DNA from: Coprococcus sp.
GTDB taxonomy: Bacteria; Bacillota; Clostridia; Lachnospirales; Lachnospiraceae
DNA length: 64,000 nt
Direction of reading: 5' to 3'
NCBI GenBank assembly: GCA_016296785.1
Contig: JAEDHX010000003.1
Coordinates: 1,681 to 65,680 of the forward strand
Numbering within the stretch: position 1 is the first letter of the stretch; each line of letters opens with the position of its first letter. This document shows positions 48,319 through 62,735 of this stretch, piece after piece. Position numbers and translations under genes: made by a program. A model generated the notes under the pieces. The model had not been told where the DNA came from. It ran no database searches and worked only from the letters and a program-made list of their open reading frames with translations.

Positions 48319-49365
48319 ATGGAAACAGTAGTATTAAAGGCGGAGCCTCAGAATAATGAAGCTTTTAAACAAGCAACAGAAGTTTTGAGAACCGGAGGAC
48401 TTGTTGCATTTCCAACAGAAACCGTGTATGGACTTGGTGGAGATGCGCTTAGAGAGGATGCATCGCAGAAGATATATGCGGCTAAAGGCAGACCCTCAGA
48501 TAATCCATTAATCGTGCATATTGCTGATACTGACAGTGTATATAAGCTGGCAGAAGAGGTGCCTTGTCATGCAGTTAAGCTGATGGAGGCATTTTGGCCG
48601 GGACCGCTTACCATAGTATTTAAAAAGAATGCCATTGTGCCGGCGACAACAACCGGAGGACTTGACACAGTTGCAATCAGAATGCCGTCTCATCCGGCTG
48701 CCCTTAAGCTTATTAAGGATTCGGGAGTATTTATTGCTGCCCCAAGTGCCAATTTATCCGGAAGACCTTCGCCAACAACGTCAGAGCATGTTGTTCAGGA
48801 TATGAATGGCAGGATTGATATGATATTAGATGGTGGGCCTGTCGGAATCGGTATTGAATCAACTATAGTTGATGTTACCGGTGACAGACCAACAATATTA
48901 AGGCCCGGATTCATATCTGCGAAGATGATAAAAGATATTCTTGGAGATGTGGCAATTGATCCCGCAATAGTTGATATGGAATCGGGAATGAGACCGAAGG
49001 CTCCGGGAATGAAATATACACATTATGCACCAAAGGGTGAGCTTACAATTGTTGAGGGAAGCCGGGATAAGGTGGCAGAGGAGATTCAAAGGCTCGTTTG
49101 TCAGAAGAATAAGGATGGCTACAAGACAGCAGTGCTCGCTGATACAGATAATGTAGCTTTATATAGCTGTGATAATGTATTTGATGCAGGAAGTAAGAAG
49201 AATGATATTACTGTTGCGGCAGGTCTTTATGCACTTCTTAGAAGCTGTGACGATATTGGTGCGGAGTATATATTCAGTGAGTCGTTTGAAGAGGGAGATA
49301 TGGGATATGCCATTATGAACAGACTCATCAAGGCGGCAGGACATAGAATTATTAGTGTTGATTAG
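48319..49365 (+). CDS. sua5: L-threonylcarbamoyladenylate synthase (Sua5/TsaC2)
   Basis: VAFPTETVYGLG, KGRPSDNPLIVH, APSANLSG, PGMKYTHYAP. Confidence 0.95.
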   Translation: METVVLKAEPQNNEAFKQATEVLRTGGLVAFPTETVYGLGGDALREDASQKIYAAKGRPSDNPLIVHIADTDSVYKLAEEVPCHAVKLMEAFWPGPLTIVFKKNAIVPATTTGGLDTVAIRMPSHPAALKLIKDSGVFIAAPSANLSGRPSPTTSEHVVQDMNGRIDMILDGGPVGIGIESTIVDVTGDRPTILRPGFISAKMIKDILGDVAIDPAIVDMESGMRPKAPGMKYTHYAPKGELTIVEGSRDKVAEEIQRLVCQKNKDGYKTAVLADTDNVALYSCDNVFDAGSKKNDITVAAGLYALLRSCDDIGAEYIFSESFEEGDMGYAIMNRLIKAAGHRIISVD

Positions 49366-49483
49366 TATGCATATAAGACGCGGATGTCTGGTATTATGTA
49401 CAGCTATATTGCACTGACATTATGTGTAACTATATTTTATGTGTAATATATATTTACTATTTAATTATTAGGAGGATGATATC

Positions 49484-49909
49484 ATGATAGCACTTGGATG
49501 TGACCACGGTGGATATGAACTTATGCAGGAGGTAATTAGGCATCTTGAGGAGAGAGGACTTGAGTATAAGAACTTTGGTTGTTATAGCAACGAATCAGTT
49601 GATTATCCAATATATGGTCAGGCCGCGGCTAAGGCAGTTGCATCCTCAGAATGTGAGAAGGGAATAATAATTTGCGGAACAGGAATCGGTATATCAATAT
49701 CGGCAAATAAGATTCCGGGAGTAAGAGCGGCACTATGTCATGACTGCTTTAGCGCAGAGGCAACAAGACAGCATAACGATGCTAATATGCTGGCTATGGG
49801 CGCAAGAGTTATCGGACCCGGTCTTGCACTCAAGATAGTAGATATATTCCTTGACACACCATTTTCAAATGATGAAAGACATATTAGAAGAATAGGAATG
49901 TTGGAATAG
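49484..49909 (+). CDS. rpiB: ribose-5-phosphate isomerase B
   Basis: GCDHGG, CGTGIG, ANK, HNDAN, RHIRR. Confidence 0.95.
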   Translation: MIALGCDHGGYELMQEVIRHLEERGLEYKNFGCYSNESVDYPIYGQAAAKAVASSECEKGIIICGTGIGISISANKIPGVRAALCHDCFSAEATRQHNDANMLAMGARVIGPGLALKIVDIFLDTPFSNDERHIRRIGMLE

Positions 49910-49943
49910 AGAAGCTTTCAATTTATATAGAAGCTATACAGAT

Positions 49944-49981
49944 AAAAGCAGGAAATTATATATAGTGTTCCTGCTTTTTTT
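49944..49981 (+). terminator. intrinsic terminator
   Basis: AAAAGCAGGAA..TTCCTGCTTTTTTT. Confidence 0.8.
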
Positions 49982-50259
49982 ATGTAATTGGAAATTCCTC
50001 CGAATTCCTATTACATAAAAAAGCTCCGCTAAGGGTAACATTTTTGTAGTTGGATTTTCAAAAAATGTAAAAATAACTGCTAAAGGTCATAAAAAATTAA
50101 TATTCGTAAAGATTCTTAGAAATATGAAAATAATAGATAAAATGTTGAACATAACGCCAAATATTGCTTGAAAAGACATGCTACAACATATAAAATAGAA
50201 ATGATTGAGTTTAGACATAATAGTATCAAAATTCAAAATAAATTAAGGAGGAGTAATGT

Positions 50260-50568
50260 ATGCTACAGGAAACCATGAAAACGGTTTGCGATGCTGAGGC
50301 AAAGGCTGATGATATAGTAAAACAGGCTAAGGAAGAAGCACAGGGCATTGTCGATAAGGCAAATAAAGATGCCATGCAGGTTGTTGAACAGGCAGAAGCA
50401 GATTCTAAGGCGAAGCTTAAGGATGCAGCGATTTTGCAGAAGGAAGATGAAGAGAAGCAGACTACTAAGGCGTTAGACAGAGCCACAGCTGAAATAGGTT
50501 CTTTAAGAGAGATTGCAGCAGACAAAGAAGCCGCTGCTATTGATATGATAATTAATGAGCTTATATAG
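50260..50568 (+). CDS. V/A-type ATPase subunit G/H (peripheral stalk)
   Basis: DAEAKADDIVKQAKEEA coiled coil, first gene of the operon. Confidence 0.75.
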   Translation: MLQETMKTVCDAEAKADDIVKQAKEEAQGIVDKANKDAMQVVEQAEADSKAKLKDAAILQKEDEEKQTTKALDRATAEIGSLREIAADKEAAAIDMIINELI

Positions 50569-50615
50569 TAGCAAAACTAGATATGTAACAAAATAATAAG
50601 AAGGGAGGTAGTAAC

Positions 50616-53107
<2,492 letters not shown>

Positions 53108-53156
53108 TATTTGATGATTACACTATTTTAAAGATTGGTATAAAAGGAGACAGAGT

Positions 53157-53756
53157 ATGACAGGATTAGAAAAAATCGTAGAACAGATTCTCCAAGAGGC
53201 CAAAACAAGTGCTGATAAGATTCTTTCTGATGCAAATGCACAGGCAGATGCAATTCTTGCGCAGGCACGTAAGGATGCTGACAAGATAAATAAGGCATCA
53301 GAAGAGAAAATCAGTGATTTTAAGACAAGCGGACAGTCAAGAGCAAAGTCATCTTCAGATCTTAAGAAAAGACAGGCTATTTTAAAGGCAAAACAGGAGA
53401 TTATTAATAATATTATTGATAAAGCATACAATAAGCTCCTTGAGCTTCCTGATGATAAGTATTTTGAGATGATTGAGAAATGTCTTGAAAAGTCTGTTCA
53501 GGAAAGAGCCGGTGAGATATATTTCTCGGCTAAGGATGCTGAGAGACTTCCTAGTGATATGGTAGGCCGCATTGACAAGATAGCAGCAGCTAAAGGCGGT
53601 TCACTTGTAATATCTAAGGAAACAAAGAATATTGACAGCGGATTTGTTCTGGTATACGGCGGTATAGAAGAGAATTGTTCATTTAAGGCAATATTTAACG
53701 CAGATAGAGAAAAACTGGCAGACAAGGTTAATACATTTTTGTTTGTTGATAAATAA
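53157..53756 (+). CDS. ntpE: V/A-type ATPase subunit E
   Basis: GLEKIVEQI, GFVLVYGGIEENCSF; operon position. Confidence 0.9.
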   Translation: MTGLEKIVEQILQEAKTSADKILSDANAQADAILAQARKDADKINKASEEKISDFKTSGQSRAKSSSDLKKRQAILKAKQEIINNIIDKAYNKLLELPDDKYFEMIEKCLEKSVQERAGEIYFSAKDAERLPSDMVGRIDKIAAAKGGSLVISKETKNIDSGFVLVYGGIEENCSFKAIFNADREKLADKVNTFLFVDK

Positions 53757-53776
53757 AATGTATCGGAGGTATATAA

Positions 53777-54748
53777 ATGGCAGATAAATACATTTATGCG
53801 GTTGCCAGAATCAGAGCGTTAGAGATGTCACTGTTTTCACAGACAACAATAGACCAGCTGATAGGAGCGAAGTCATATAAGGATTGTATTTCATTTCTTG
53901 TTGAACACGGCTGGGGAGATAGTGAAACAGATAATACAGATGCAGATGCCATCTTGAATGCAGAAACAGAAAAAACATGGTCAGTAATACGTGAAATGGT
54001 TGATGACATGTCAATATTTGATGTAATACTTTTGCCTGATTTGTTTCACAATTTGAAGGCGGCTATTAAAACAATAGTTGCAGGAGAGGTAGATGCAGAT
54101 ATATTCTATGACAATGTATCTATTGGTGGGAAGGAAATGCTTGAGATAGTTAAGAGTAAGAATTTCAAGGAGCTTCCACCATATATGCAGGAATGTGCAA
54201 ATGAAGCATATGAATGCATGGTACACACAGGCGATGGACAGATGTGTGATGTTATCATTGATAAAGGAACACTTCTTGCAATTCTTAGTGCGGCAGCAGA
54301 GGCAAAGGATGAGCTCCTTAAAGCGTATGCTGAAACAACTGTTGCGGTAGCTAATATCAAGATTGCAGTACGTTCATTAAAAACCGCAAAATCAATGGAT
54401 TTTATGAAAAGGGCTATGGCTCCATGTGAAACTCTCAATATAGACAGACTGGCAAAGGCAGCACTTTCCGGCATGGAGGATGTAATCAAATATCTATCAG
54501 AGACAGAATATGCAGGTGGCGCATTGGCGCTTTCTGAGAGCTCCTCTGCATTTGAACGTTGGTGTGACAATAGAATTATTGAAACAATAAGACCTCAGAA
54601 GTTTAATGCATTTACAGTAGGACCACTTGTTGCATATATACTTGCCAGACTAAATGAGATTAAAACAGTTAGAATCGTATTATCAGGAAAACTTAATGGA
54701 CTTCCGGATGAAGCCATTAGAGAAAGGGTAAGGGAAATGTATGTATAG
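53777..54748 (+). CDS. ntpC: V/A-type ATPase subunit C
   Basis: YAVARIRALE, EIKTVRIVLSGK, IRERVR. Confidence 0.92.
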   Translation: MADKYIYAVARIRALEMSLFSQTTIDQLIGAKSYKDCISFLVEHGWGDSETDNTDADAILNAETEKTWSVIREMVDDMSIFDVILLPDLFHNLKAAIKTIVAGEVDADIFYDNVSIGGKEMLEIVKSKNFKELPPYMQECANEAYECMVHTGDGQMCDVIIDKGTLLAILSAAAEAKDELLKAYAETTVAVANIKIAVRSLKTAKSMDFMKRAMAPCETLNIDRLAKAALSGMEDVIKYLSETEYAGGALALSESSSAFERWCDNRIIETIRPQKFNAFTVGPLVAYILARLNEIKTVRIVLSGKLNGLPDEAIRERVREMYV

Positions 54749-55061
54749 AATAGCAGTACTAGGTGATTATGACAGCATATATGGATTTGCCACCCTTGGA
54801 TTAGAGATTTTCCCGGTATCAGATCCTGAATATGGTGCAGCTCAGCTTAAGAGACTTGCTGAAGGCGATTACGCCATTATCTATATAACAGAGTCTCTTG
54901 CCGCAGAGCTTGAAAAAGAAATCTCAAAATATAGAGAAGTTATGAAGCCTGCAATTATACTTATTCCGGGAGTAACAGGTAATACCGGAGCAGGTATAAC
55001 AGGTGTTAAGAAGTCCGTAGAACAGGCAGTAGGTTCAGACATTCTGTTTGGCGGCAATTAA
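54741..55061 (+). CDS. V/A-type ATPase subunit F
   Basis: IAVLGDYDSIYGF, PAIILIPG, VEQAVGSDIL. Confidence 0.92.
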   Translation: MYRIAVLGDYDSIYGFATLGLEIFPVSDPEYGAAQLKRLAEGDYAIIYITESLAAELEKEISKYREVMKPAIILIPGVTGNTGAGITGVKKSVEQAVGSDILFGGN

Positions 55062-55085
55062 ATTAGAAGGGAGCGTGAATTATCC

Positions 55086-56849
55086 GTGGCTATAGGAAAG
55101 ATTAAAAAGGTTGCCGGACCTCTTGTTATAGCAGAGGGCATGAGAGATGCAAATATGTTCGACGTTGTACGAGTAAGTGAAAGCAGACTTATTGGAGAAA
55201 TAATAGAGATGCACGGTGATGAGGCATCAGTTCAGGTTTACGAGGAGACCTCAGGACTTGGACCTGGTGCACCGGTAGAGTCAACAGGTATGCCACTTTC
55301 TGTTGAACTTGGACCTGGTCTTATAAGTAGTATATATGATGGTATTCAGAGACCTCTTGATGATATTATGAAGGTTTGTGGTAATAACCTGGCAAGGGGT
55401 GTTGAGGTTCCGTCACTTAAGAGAGATATTAAATGGCCTTTCGTCCCAACTGCTAAGGTTGGAGATAAAGTTGTTGCAGGAGATGTAATTGGTACAGTAC
55501 AAGAGACTGTTGTAGTTACGCAGAAGATAATGGTTCCTTATGGTATTGAAGGAACAATTAAGGATATTAAGAGTGGTGACTTCACAGTAGAAGAAACCGT
55601 TTGTGTTGTTGAGACAGCAGATGGCGACAAGGAGCTTACACTTATGCAGAAGTGGCCGGTTCGAAAAGGTCGTCCTTATGTTGAGAAGATTCCACCTGTA
55701 ATGCCACTTATTACAGGACAGAGAGTAGTTGATACATTCTTCCCAATTGCAAAGGGTGGTGTTGCTGCCGTTCCGGGACCATTCGGAAGTGGAAAGACAG
55801 TTATCCAGCATCAGCTTGCTAAATGGGCAGAGGCAGATATAGTTGTTTATATCGGATGTGGAGAGCGTGGAAATGAGATGACAGACGTTCTTAACGAATT
55901 CCCTGAACTTAAGGACCCTAAGACAGGACACTCACTTATGGAGAGAACAGTTCTTATTGCAAATACATCTGATATGCCTGTTGCAGCCCGTGAGGCATCT
56001 ATTTATACAGGTATAACAATTGCAGAGTACTTCAGAGATATGGGATTCTCAGTTGCTCTTATGGCAGATTCAACCTCTCGTTGGGCTGAGGCACTTCGAG
56101 AAATGTCAGGTCGTCTTCAGGAGATGCCGGGTGAAGAAGGATATCCTGCTTACCTTGGTTCACGTCTTGCACAGTTCTATGAGCGTGCAGGTATGGTTAA
56201 GACACTTGGTAGTGAAGGAAGAACAGGTGCGTTATCAGTTATCGGTGCCGTATCTCCTCCTGGTGGTGATATATCAGAGCCTGTATCACAGGCAACCCTT
56301 CGTATTGTAAAGGTATTCTGGGGACTTGATTCAGCACTTGCTTACAAGAGACATTTCCCTGCTATTAACTGGCTTACATCATACTCCTTGTATGTAGACA
56401 GTATGGGAAAATGGTTTGAGGAAAATGTAGATGAAAGATTTATGAGCGACCGTCAGAAGATGATGACTCTTCTTCAGGAAGAAGCAGAGCTTGATGAAAT
56501 CGTTAAGATGGTAGGTATGGATGCGCTTTCAGCAGGTGACAGACTTAAGATGGAAGCAGCAAGATCTATTCGTGAGGACTTCCTTCACCAGAACTCATTC
56601 CACGAAGTAGATACCTACACACCACTTAAGAAGCAGTTCCTTATGATGGAGCTTGTGCTTGCGTTCTATGACAAATCAGCAGACGCATTAAAACGTGGCG
56701 CTTCAATTAGAAACATCCTTAATATGGAGGTTCGTGAGAAGATCGGTAGATACAAATATACATTACCTGAGAATATTGATTCTGAATTTAAGAATATTAT
56801 GGATGCTCTTACTTCAGAGGTTGAAGAAGCTGTAGGAAAGGAGGACTAA
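55086..56849 (+). CDS. ntpA: V/A-type ATPase subunit A
   Basis: [29 protein letters not shown]. Confidence 0.97.
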   Translation: MAIGKIKKVAGPLVIAEGMRDANMFDVVRVSESRLIGEIIEMHGDEASVQVYEETSGLGPGAPVESTGMPLSVELGPGLISSIYDGIQRPLDDIMKVCGNNLARGVEVPSLKRDIKWPFVPTAKVGDKVVAGDVIGTVQETVVVTQKIMVPYGIEGTIKDIKSGDFTVEETVCVVETADGDKELTLMQKWPVRKGRPYVEKIPPVMPLITGQRVVDTFFPIAKGGVAAVPGPFGSGKTVIQHQLAKWAEADIVVYIGCGERGNEMTDVLNEFPELKDPKTGHSLMERTVLIANTSDMPVAAREASIYTGITIAEYFRDMGFSVALMADSTSRWAEALREMSGRLQEMPGEEGYPAYLGSRLAQFYERAGMVKTLGSEGRTGALSVIGAVSPPGGDISEPVSQATLRIVKVFWGLDSALAYKRHFPAINWLTSYSLYVDSMGKWFEENVDERFMSDRQKMMTLLQEEAELDEIVKMVGMDALSAGDRLKMEAARSIREDFLHQNSFHEVDTYTPLKKQFLMMELVLAFYDKSADALKRGASIRNILNMEVREKIGRYKYTLPENIDSEFKNIMDALTSEVEEAVGKED

Positions 56850-56852
56850 GAG

Positions 56853-58223
56853 ATGCCAAAGGAATATAGAACAATACAGGAAGTTGCAGGTCCTCTTATG
56901 CTTGTGCATGGTGTTGAGAATGTAACTTATGATGAATTAGGTGAGATAGAGCTTGCAAGCGGAGAAGTAAGACGTTGTAAGGTTCTCGAGATAAATGGCG
57001 AAGATGCTCTTGTGCAGTTGTTTGAGAGCTCAACAGGTATCAACCTTTCAAACAGTAAGGTAAGATTCCTTGGAAGAAGTATGGAGCTTGGTGTATCAGA
57101 GGATATGCTTGGACGAGTATTTGACGGTCTCGGACGTCCTATTGATAACGGTCCTGAGATATTACCTGATGAGAGAAGAGATATTAACGGTCTTCCTATG
57201 AATCCGGCAGCGAGAAACTATCCTTCTGAGTTTATTCAGACAGGTATTTCAGCTATTGACGGACTTAATACACTTGTTAGAGGACAGAAGCTTCCTATAT
57301 TCTCAGCTTCAGGTCTTCCTCATAACAACCTCGCTGCACAGATAGCAAGACAGGCAAAGGTTCGTGGAACTGATGAGCAGTTTGCCGTTGTATTTGCAGC
57401 TATGGGTATTACCTTTGAAGAGGCTAACTATTTCACAGAGAGCTTTAAGGAGACAGGTGCTATTGACAGAACAGTTCTCTTTATAAATCTTGCAAATGAC
57501 CCTGCTGTTGAGCGTATTGCAACACCACGTATGGCACTTACGGCAGCTGAGTATCTTGCATTTGAAAAGGGAATGCACGTACTTGTTATTCTTACAGATA
57601 TTACAAACTATGCAGATGCACTTCGTGAGGTATCAGCAGCAAGAAAGGAAGTACCGGGACGTCGTGGATATCCTGGATACATGTATACTGACCTTGCTAC
57701 TCTTTATGAGAGAGCGGGACGTCAGAAGGGCAAGAATGGTAGTATCACCATGATACCTATCCTTACAATGCCTGAGGATGATAAGACTCATCCTATTCCT
57801 GACCTTACAGGATATATTACTGAGGGACAGATTATTCTTTCCCGTGAATTATACAGAAAAGGTGTTACACCTCCTATCGACGTTCTTCCGTCACTTTCAC
57901 GTCTTAAAGATAAGGGTACCGGTGAAGGCAAGACAAGAGGCGACCATGCAAGTACAATGAACCAGTTATTTGCAGCTTATTCACGAGGAAAAGATGCTAA
58001 AGAGCTTATGACTATCCTTGGTGAATCAGCACTTTCAGATATAGATATATTATATGCTAAATTTGCTGAGGCATTTGAAAAGGAATATGTATCACAGGGT
58101 TATGAGACAGACAGAAGTATCGAAGAAACTCTGGATATCGGTTGGAAGCTTCTTTCTATCCTTCCTAGAGCAGAGCTGAAGCGTATTGATGACAAGTGGC
58201 TTGATCTTTACTATGGTAAGTAA
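56853..58223 (+). CDS. ntpB: V/A-type ATPase subunit B
   Basis: [34 protein letters not shown]. Confidence 0.97.
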   Translation: MPKEYRTIQEVAGPLMLVHGVENVTYDELGEIELASGEVRRCKVLEINGEDALVQLFESSTGINLSNSKVRFLGRSMELGVSEDMLGRVFDGLGRPIDNGPEILPDERRDINGLPMNPAARNYPSEFIQTGISAIDGLNTLVRGQKLPIFSASGLPHNNLAAQIARQAKVRGTDEQFAVVFAAMGITFEEANYFTESFKETGAIDRTVLFINLANDPAVERIATPRMALTAAEYLAFEKGMHVLVILTDITNYADALREVSAARKEVPGRRGYPGYMYTDLATLYERAGRQKGKNGSITMIPILTMPEDDKTHPIPDLTGYITEGQIILSRELYRKGVTPPIDVLPSLSRLKDKGTGEGKTRGDHASTMNQLFAAYSRGKDAKELMTILGESALSDIDILYAKFAEAFEKEYVSQGYETDRSIEETLDIGWKLLSILPRAELKRIDDKWLDLYYGK

Positions 58224-58278
58224 ACCGCTATTGTTTCAATAACACTTCGTAGCAGATTAAATGGAAGGAGGCAAAAAC

Positions 58279-58944
58279 ATGGCAAGTACAGTAGTGAATC
58301 CTACACGAATGGAGCTGACAAGACTTAAGAAGAAGCTTGTTACTGCGACAAGGGGACATAAGCTGCTTAAGGATAAAAGAGATGAGCTTATGCGACAGTT
58401 CCTTGATATGGTCAAAGAGAACATGGCACTTCGCGAGAAGGTTGAAGCAGGTATTAAAGCTGCTAATACTAATTTCGTAATTGCTAAGGCAGGTATGAGT
58501 GAGCAGACACTTCATACAGCTCTTATGGCACCGAAGCAGGAAGTTAAGCTTGAGCTTAGTGACAGAAACGTTATGAGTGTAGATATTCCGGTATTTGAAT
58601 GTAAGACAAAAAGTGCCGATGAAAATGACATTTATTCATATGGTTTTGCTTTCACTTCAGGAGATTTAGATGATGCAGTAAAGTCATTGTCGGATATTCT
58701 TCCTGATATGCTCAAATTGGCAGAGATTGAGAAATCCTGTCAGCTGCTTTCAGCAGAGATAGAAAAAACACGTAGAAGAGTAAATGCTCTAGAGCATGTA
58801 ATTATCCCTGATACTAAGGCCGGTATCAAATATATCAGTATGAAGCTCGATGAGAACGAGCGTAGTACACAGGTACGACTTATGAAGGTCAAGGATATGA
58901 TGCTTGAAGAGGCACATCACTACAAAGAAAATCAATTCAAATAG
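58279..58944 (+). CDS. ntpD: V/A-type ATPase subunit D
   Basis: NPTRMEL, RGHKLLKDKRD, TRRRVNALE; ATG 58279 with SD GGAGG. Confidence 0.96.
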   Translation: MASTVVNPTRMELTRLKKKLVTATRGHKLLKDKRDELMRQFLDMVKENMALREKVEAGIKAANTNFVIAKAGMSEQTLHTALMAPKQEVKLELSDRNVMSVDIPVFECKTKSADENDIYSYGFAFTSGDLDDAVKSLSDILPDMLKLAEIEKSCQLLSAEIEKTRRRVNALEHVIIPDTKAGIKYISMKLDENERSTQVRLMKVKDMMLEEAHHYKENQFK

Positions 58945-58961
58945 AATTATATTATTACACT

Positions 58962-59000
58962 AAAGGCGCTATCTTGATTATGAGATAGCGCCTTTGTTTT
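58962..59000 (+). terminator. intrinsic terminator
   Basis: AAAGGCGCTATCTT-GATTAT-GAGATAGCGCCTTTGTTTT. Confidence 0.88.
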
Positions 59001-59051
59001 GTATTTATTATTATTTGTAGGGATATACTATAACAAATGATATAAACGGCG

Positions 59052-59708
59052 GTGGCAAATATGAAAAAATCAGCAAAAATATATATTATTGTGCTTGTTT
59101 GGGTGTCAGCATTAATACAATTATTTGTAAATGAGAAGGTAGAAGCAGGACAAGGTATTGCAGAAGCATTTTATCAGACAGATGTAATGGAGTATGATAG
59201 CAGGTTAGAAATAACCGGAATATATGGCAATGAAAACTATAGTGACAGAAAAGTAAGGAATATTCTTAGTAACATTATATCAGAATTATCAGAAGAACAG
59301 GAAACCTATTATATATATAGAAACAGCACAAATGATATCTGGCAGGCATCCATATCAAATAGTGAATATGAGTTGGTAGTGAGCTTTGTCCGGGGCGCAA
59401 ATAAGGAACGCAGTTATCTCAATATGACAGTAACAATTGATGGAACAGAAAGCTGTAATGCAAAAAACAACAGGCAGCCTATTGATATATGGAAGGAGAA
59501 GCTGGTTAAGATATATAAATCACTGGGGATAGAAGCAGAAACGAAAATAATAATGAAGGGAAGCCTTCAAGGGAAAATGAATAATGCGAGAAAAGCAGTT
59601 TGTCAAAAAAGCATAGAAAAAACATTTGATGATGACAGTATAATGTTTGTATATAAATATAATGCCGGATTGGATGTTACAAATATAGAGGTGAATGTGA
59701 ATGAATAG
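59052..59708 (+). CDS. exported or membrane-anchored hypothetical protein (possibly YwmB-like)
   Basis: N-terminal hydrophobic helix; family assignment tentative. Confidence 0.55.
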   Translation: MANMKKSAKIYIIVLVWVSALIQLFVNEKVEAGQGIAEAFYQTDVMEYDSRLEITGIYGNENYSDRKVRNILSNIISELSEEQETYYIYRNSTNDIWQASISNSEYELVVSFVRGANKERSYLNMTVTIDGTESCNAKNNRQPIDIWKEKLVKIYKSLGIEAETKIIMKGSLQGKMNNARKAVCQKSIEKTFDDDSIMFVYKYNAGLDVTNIEVNVNE

Positions 59709-59914
59709 TTCATGGCAAAATATTACTAAAATAGTAAAAATGAGTGGTTTTTAGTAAATATTTTATAAATAATGGCAACAAATACAACAAATGGACATGT
59801 TTTTACAACTCTATACCATTTTAATTTTATAAAAAAGGATATAGAATAGGCATATAGATAAACGAGACGAAATGCTGAGGGGGCATTACAAACCGAAAGG
59901 AAGGTAGAACACTT

Positions 59915-61195
59915 ATGAGAAACATTAACGAACTTAAGCTGGAGCTTGAAAAAGGTCTTTATGACAGCAGAATCAAGGATATCTACGTAGATGAGAGCCT
60001 TGTAGCCTATAATCGTGAAAGATATGTCAGGGCAATTGATAAATATATCAGCCTGTACGGAGAAAATGATGTTGATATATATAGCGCACCTGGTCGAAGT
60101 GAGGTGTGTGGTAACCATACAGACCATCAAAATGGACATGTACTTGCAACTTCAATTAATCTTGATGCAATTGCAATAGTTTCAAAAACAGATGATATGA
60201 TTATTCATCTTGTATCGGATGACATGCCAAAAGAGGTTATCGATATTTCTGAAGTGGCAAAGAATGATGCAGAAGAAGGGACAACAACAGCACTTATTAA
60301 AGGTGTGGTTGCAGGAATAAAGGATTATGGATTTAAGGTTGGCGGATTTAAGGCATATGTAACAAGTGATGTGCTTATGGGCGCCGGAATGTCATCATCG
60401 GCAGCATTTGAGAGTCTTCTTGGAACAATTCTTTCCGGACTGTATAACGATATGGCTGTTTCATCGGTTGATATTGCCAAAATTGGTCAGTATGCGGAGA
60501 ATGTTTACTTTGGTAAGCCATGCGGCCTAATGGACCAGATGGCATGTGCGGTAGGCGGACTTATCTATATTGATTTCCTAGATAAGACTAATCCGGCGAT
60601 TAAACAGGTTGAGTGTGATTTTGAAGCACATCAATACAGCCTTTGCATTGTTGATACAAAGGGCTCACACGCAGACCTGACAGATGATTATGCGGCGATA
60701 CCGGTAGAGATGAAGCAGGTTGCTGAATTCTTTGGCAAGGAGCTTCTTTCTGAGGTAACAGCTTCAGAGTTTTTCTCTGGTATAGCAGAGCTTAGAACAA
60801 AGGTTAGTGATAGGGCAGTGCTTCGTGCATTACATTTTTATGAGGAGCAGAGCCGAGTTAGTGAAGGTGTAGCTTCGCTTGAGAGGAATGATTTTGAAGG
60901 CTTCTTAGATGTAATTAGAAGAAGCGGTGATTCTTCAAGTAAGCTTTTGCAGAATATTTATAGTAATAAGGCTCCTCATGTACAGAATGTAACAGTTGCA
61001 CTTGCGGCAAGCGAGTATATTCTCGGGAACAATGGTGTGTGCAGAGTTCATGGTGGCGGCTTTGCAGGAACAATCCAGGCGTTTGTTAATAATACATTTG
61101 TTCATGAATACAAGGATAAGATTGAGAAGATATTTGGCGAAGGAACATGTCATGTTCTTAAGGTTAGACCTTATGGTGGAATAAAGGCTATATAA
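59915..61195 (+). CDS. galK: galactokinase
   Basis: APGRSEVCGNHTDH, GAGMSSSAA, CGLMDQ, RVHGGGFAG. Confidence 0.9.
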   Translation: MRNINELKLELEKGLYDSRIKDIYVDESLVAYNRERYVRAIDKYISLYGENDVDIYSAPGRSEVCGNHTDHQNGHVLATSINLDAIAIVSKTDDMIIHLVSDDMPKEVIDISEVAKNDAEEGTTTALIKGVVAGIKDYGFKVGGFKAYVTSDVLMGAGMSSSAAFESLLGTILSGLYNDMAVSSVDIAKIGQYAENVYFGKPCGLMDQMACAVGGLIYIDFLDKTNPAIKQVECDFEAHQYSLCIVDTKGSHADLTDDYAAIPVEMKQVAEFFGKELLSEVTASEFFSGIAELRTKVSDRAVLRALHFYEEQSRVSEGVASLERNDFEGFLDVIRRSGDSSSKLLQNIYSNKAPHVQNVTVALAASEYILGNNGVCRVHGGGFAGTIQAFVNNTFVHEYKDKIEKIFGEGTCHVLKVRPYGGIKAI

Positions 61196-61216
61196 TGCTT
61201 TAGGAGGTGCAGTAAG

Positions 61217-62731
61217 ATGATTAATACATGTATTAAACAGCTTGTTGAATATGGAATAGATAACAGCCTTATCGAAGAAGAGGATAGAATATATACAACT
61301 AATATTATACTTGAGATGCTTGGACTTGATGAGTATGAAGAGCCGGGTGAGGTAGATAAGCTTGAGCAACCATCTGATCTTGAAAGAACGCTAAAGGGTA
61401 TTCTTGATTTTGCTGTTGAAAAAGGGATTATTGAATCGGACTCAGTTGTGCTCAGAGATTTGTTTGATACAAAGGTTATGAATGCGCTGGTTCCAAAGCC
61501 AAGCCAGGTAATTAAGACATTTAATGAGAAGTATAAGACCTCACCAAAGGAAGCCACAGATTATTTCTATGAATTAAGCAAAGCTTCTGATTACATAAGA
61601 ACCTATAGAATAGCTAAGGATGTAAAATGGATAAAAAACACGGAGTACGGCGATATTGATATTACAATTAATCTTTCAAAGCCGGAGAAGGATCCTAAGA
61701 TGATAGCACTTGCTAAGAAGGTGGCAAGCTCAAGCTATCCAAAGTGCCAGCTTTGCATTGAAAATGAGGGCTATGCAGGAAGAATAAATCATCCTGCAAG
61801 AGAGAATCACAGAATTATACCTATTGAAATAAATGGTGGAAAATGGGGATTCCAGTACTCACCATATGTTTACTATAACGAGCATTGCATAGTATTTAAT
61901 GGAGAACATGTTCCAATGAAGATTGAGAAGGATACATTTAAGAAGCTCTTCTCATTTGTAAAGCAGTTTCCTCATTACTTTGTAGGCTCAAATGCAGACC
62001 TTCCTATAGTTGGTGGTTCAATTCTGAGTCATGACCACTTCCAGGGCGGCAATTACACATTTGCAATGACAAAGGCAGAGGTTGAGACAAAGCTTACATT
62101 TGCAGGATATGAGGATATTGATTCCGGAATAGTAAAATGGCCTATGTCAGTTATTCGATTAAATGGAACAGACAGTGAGAGAATTATTGACCTTGCAGAT
62201 AAGATATTGAATGCATGGCGTGGATATACTGATGAGGAAGCATATATATATGCCGAGACAGACGGTGAACCACATAATACGATTACTCCAATTGCAAGAA
62301 TGCGTGATGGAAGATACGAGCTCGACCTCGTACTTAGAAACAATATAACAACAAAGGAGCATCCGCTTGGACTTTATCATCCTTGGGAAGAATTCCACAA
62401 CATCAAGAAGGAGAATATCGGACTTATCGAGGTTATGGGACTAGCTGTACTTCCTGCAAGACTAAAGGGTGAGATGGAAGAGCTTGCTGATGCAATCGTA
62501 CATGGCGAGGATATTGCTTCTAAAGAAAACATTGCTAAGCATGATAGTTGGGTTAAGAGCTTTATCTCAAGATATGACAGCATTACCGAAGACAACGTTA
62601 AGAAGATTCTTCGAGATGAGATCGGTGATGTATTTGCAAAGATACTTGAATGTGCCGGAGTATACAAGAGAAACGAAGAAGGTAAGGCCGCATTTATTAG
62701 ATTTGCAGACCACGTAAACAATATGTTATAA
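61217..62731 (+). CDS. galT: galactose-1-phosphate uridylyltransferase (class II)
   Basis: NLSKPEKDP, GSNADLPIVGGSILSHDHFQGG, IKKENIGLIEVMGLA. Confidence 0.95.
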   Translation: MINTCIKQLVEYGIDNSLIEEEDRIYTTNIILEMLGLDEYEEPGEVDKLEQPSDLERTLKGILDFAVEKGIIESDSVVLRDLFDTKVMNALVPKPSQVIKTFNEKYKTSPKEATDYFYELSKASDYIRTYRIAKDVKWIKNTEYGDIDITINLSKPEKDPKMIALAKKVASSSYPKCQLCIENEGYAGRINHPARENHRIIPIEINGGKWGFQYSPYVYYNEHCIVFNGEHVPMKIEKDTFKKLFSFVKQFPHYFVGSNADLPIVGGSILSHDHFQGGNYTFAMTKAEVETKLTFAGYEDIDSGIVKWPMSVIRLNGTDSERIIDLADKILNAWRGYTDEEAYIYAETDGEPHNTITPIARMRDGRYELDLVLRNNITTKEHPLGLYHPWEEFHNIKKENIGLIEVMGLAVLPARLKGEMEELADAIVHGEDIASKENIAKHDSWVKSFISRYDSITEDNVKKILRDEIGDVFAKILECAGVYKRNEEGKAAFIRFADHVNNML

Positions 62732-62735
62732 TTTA

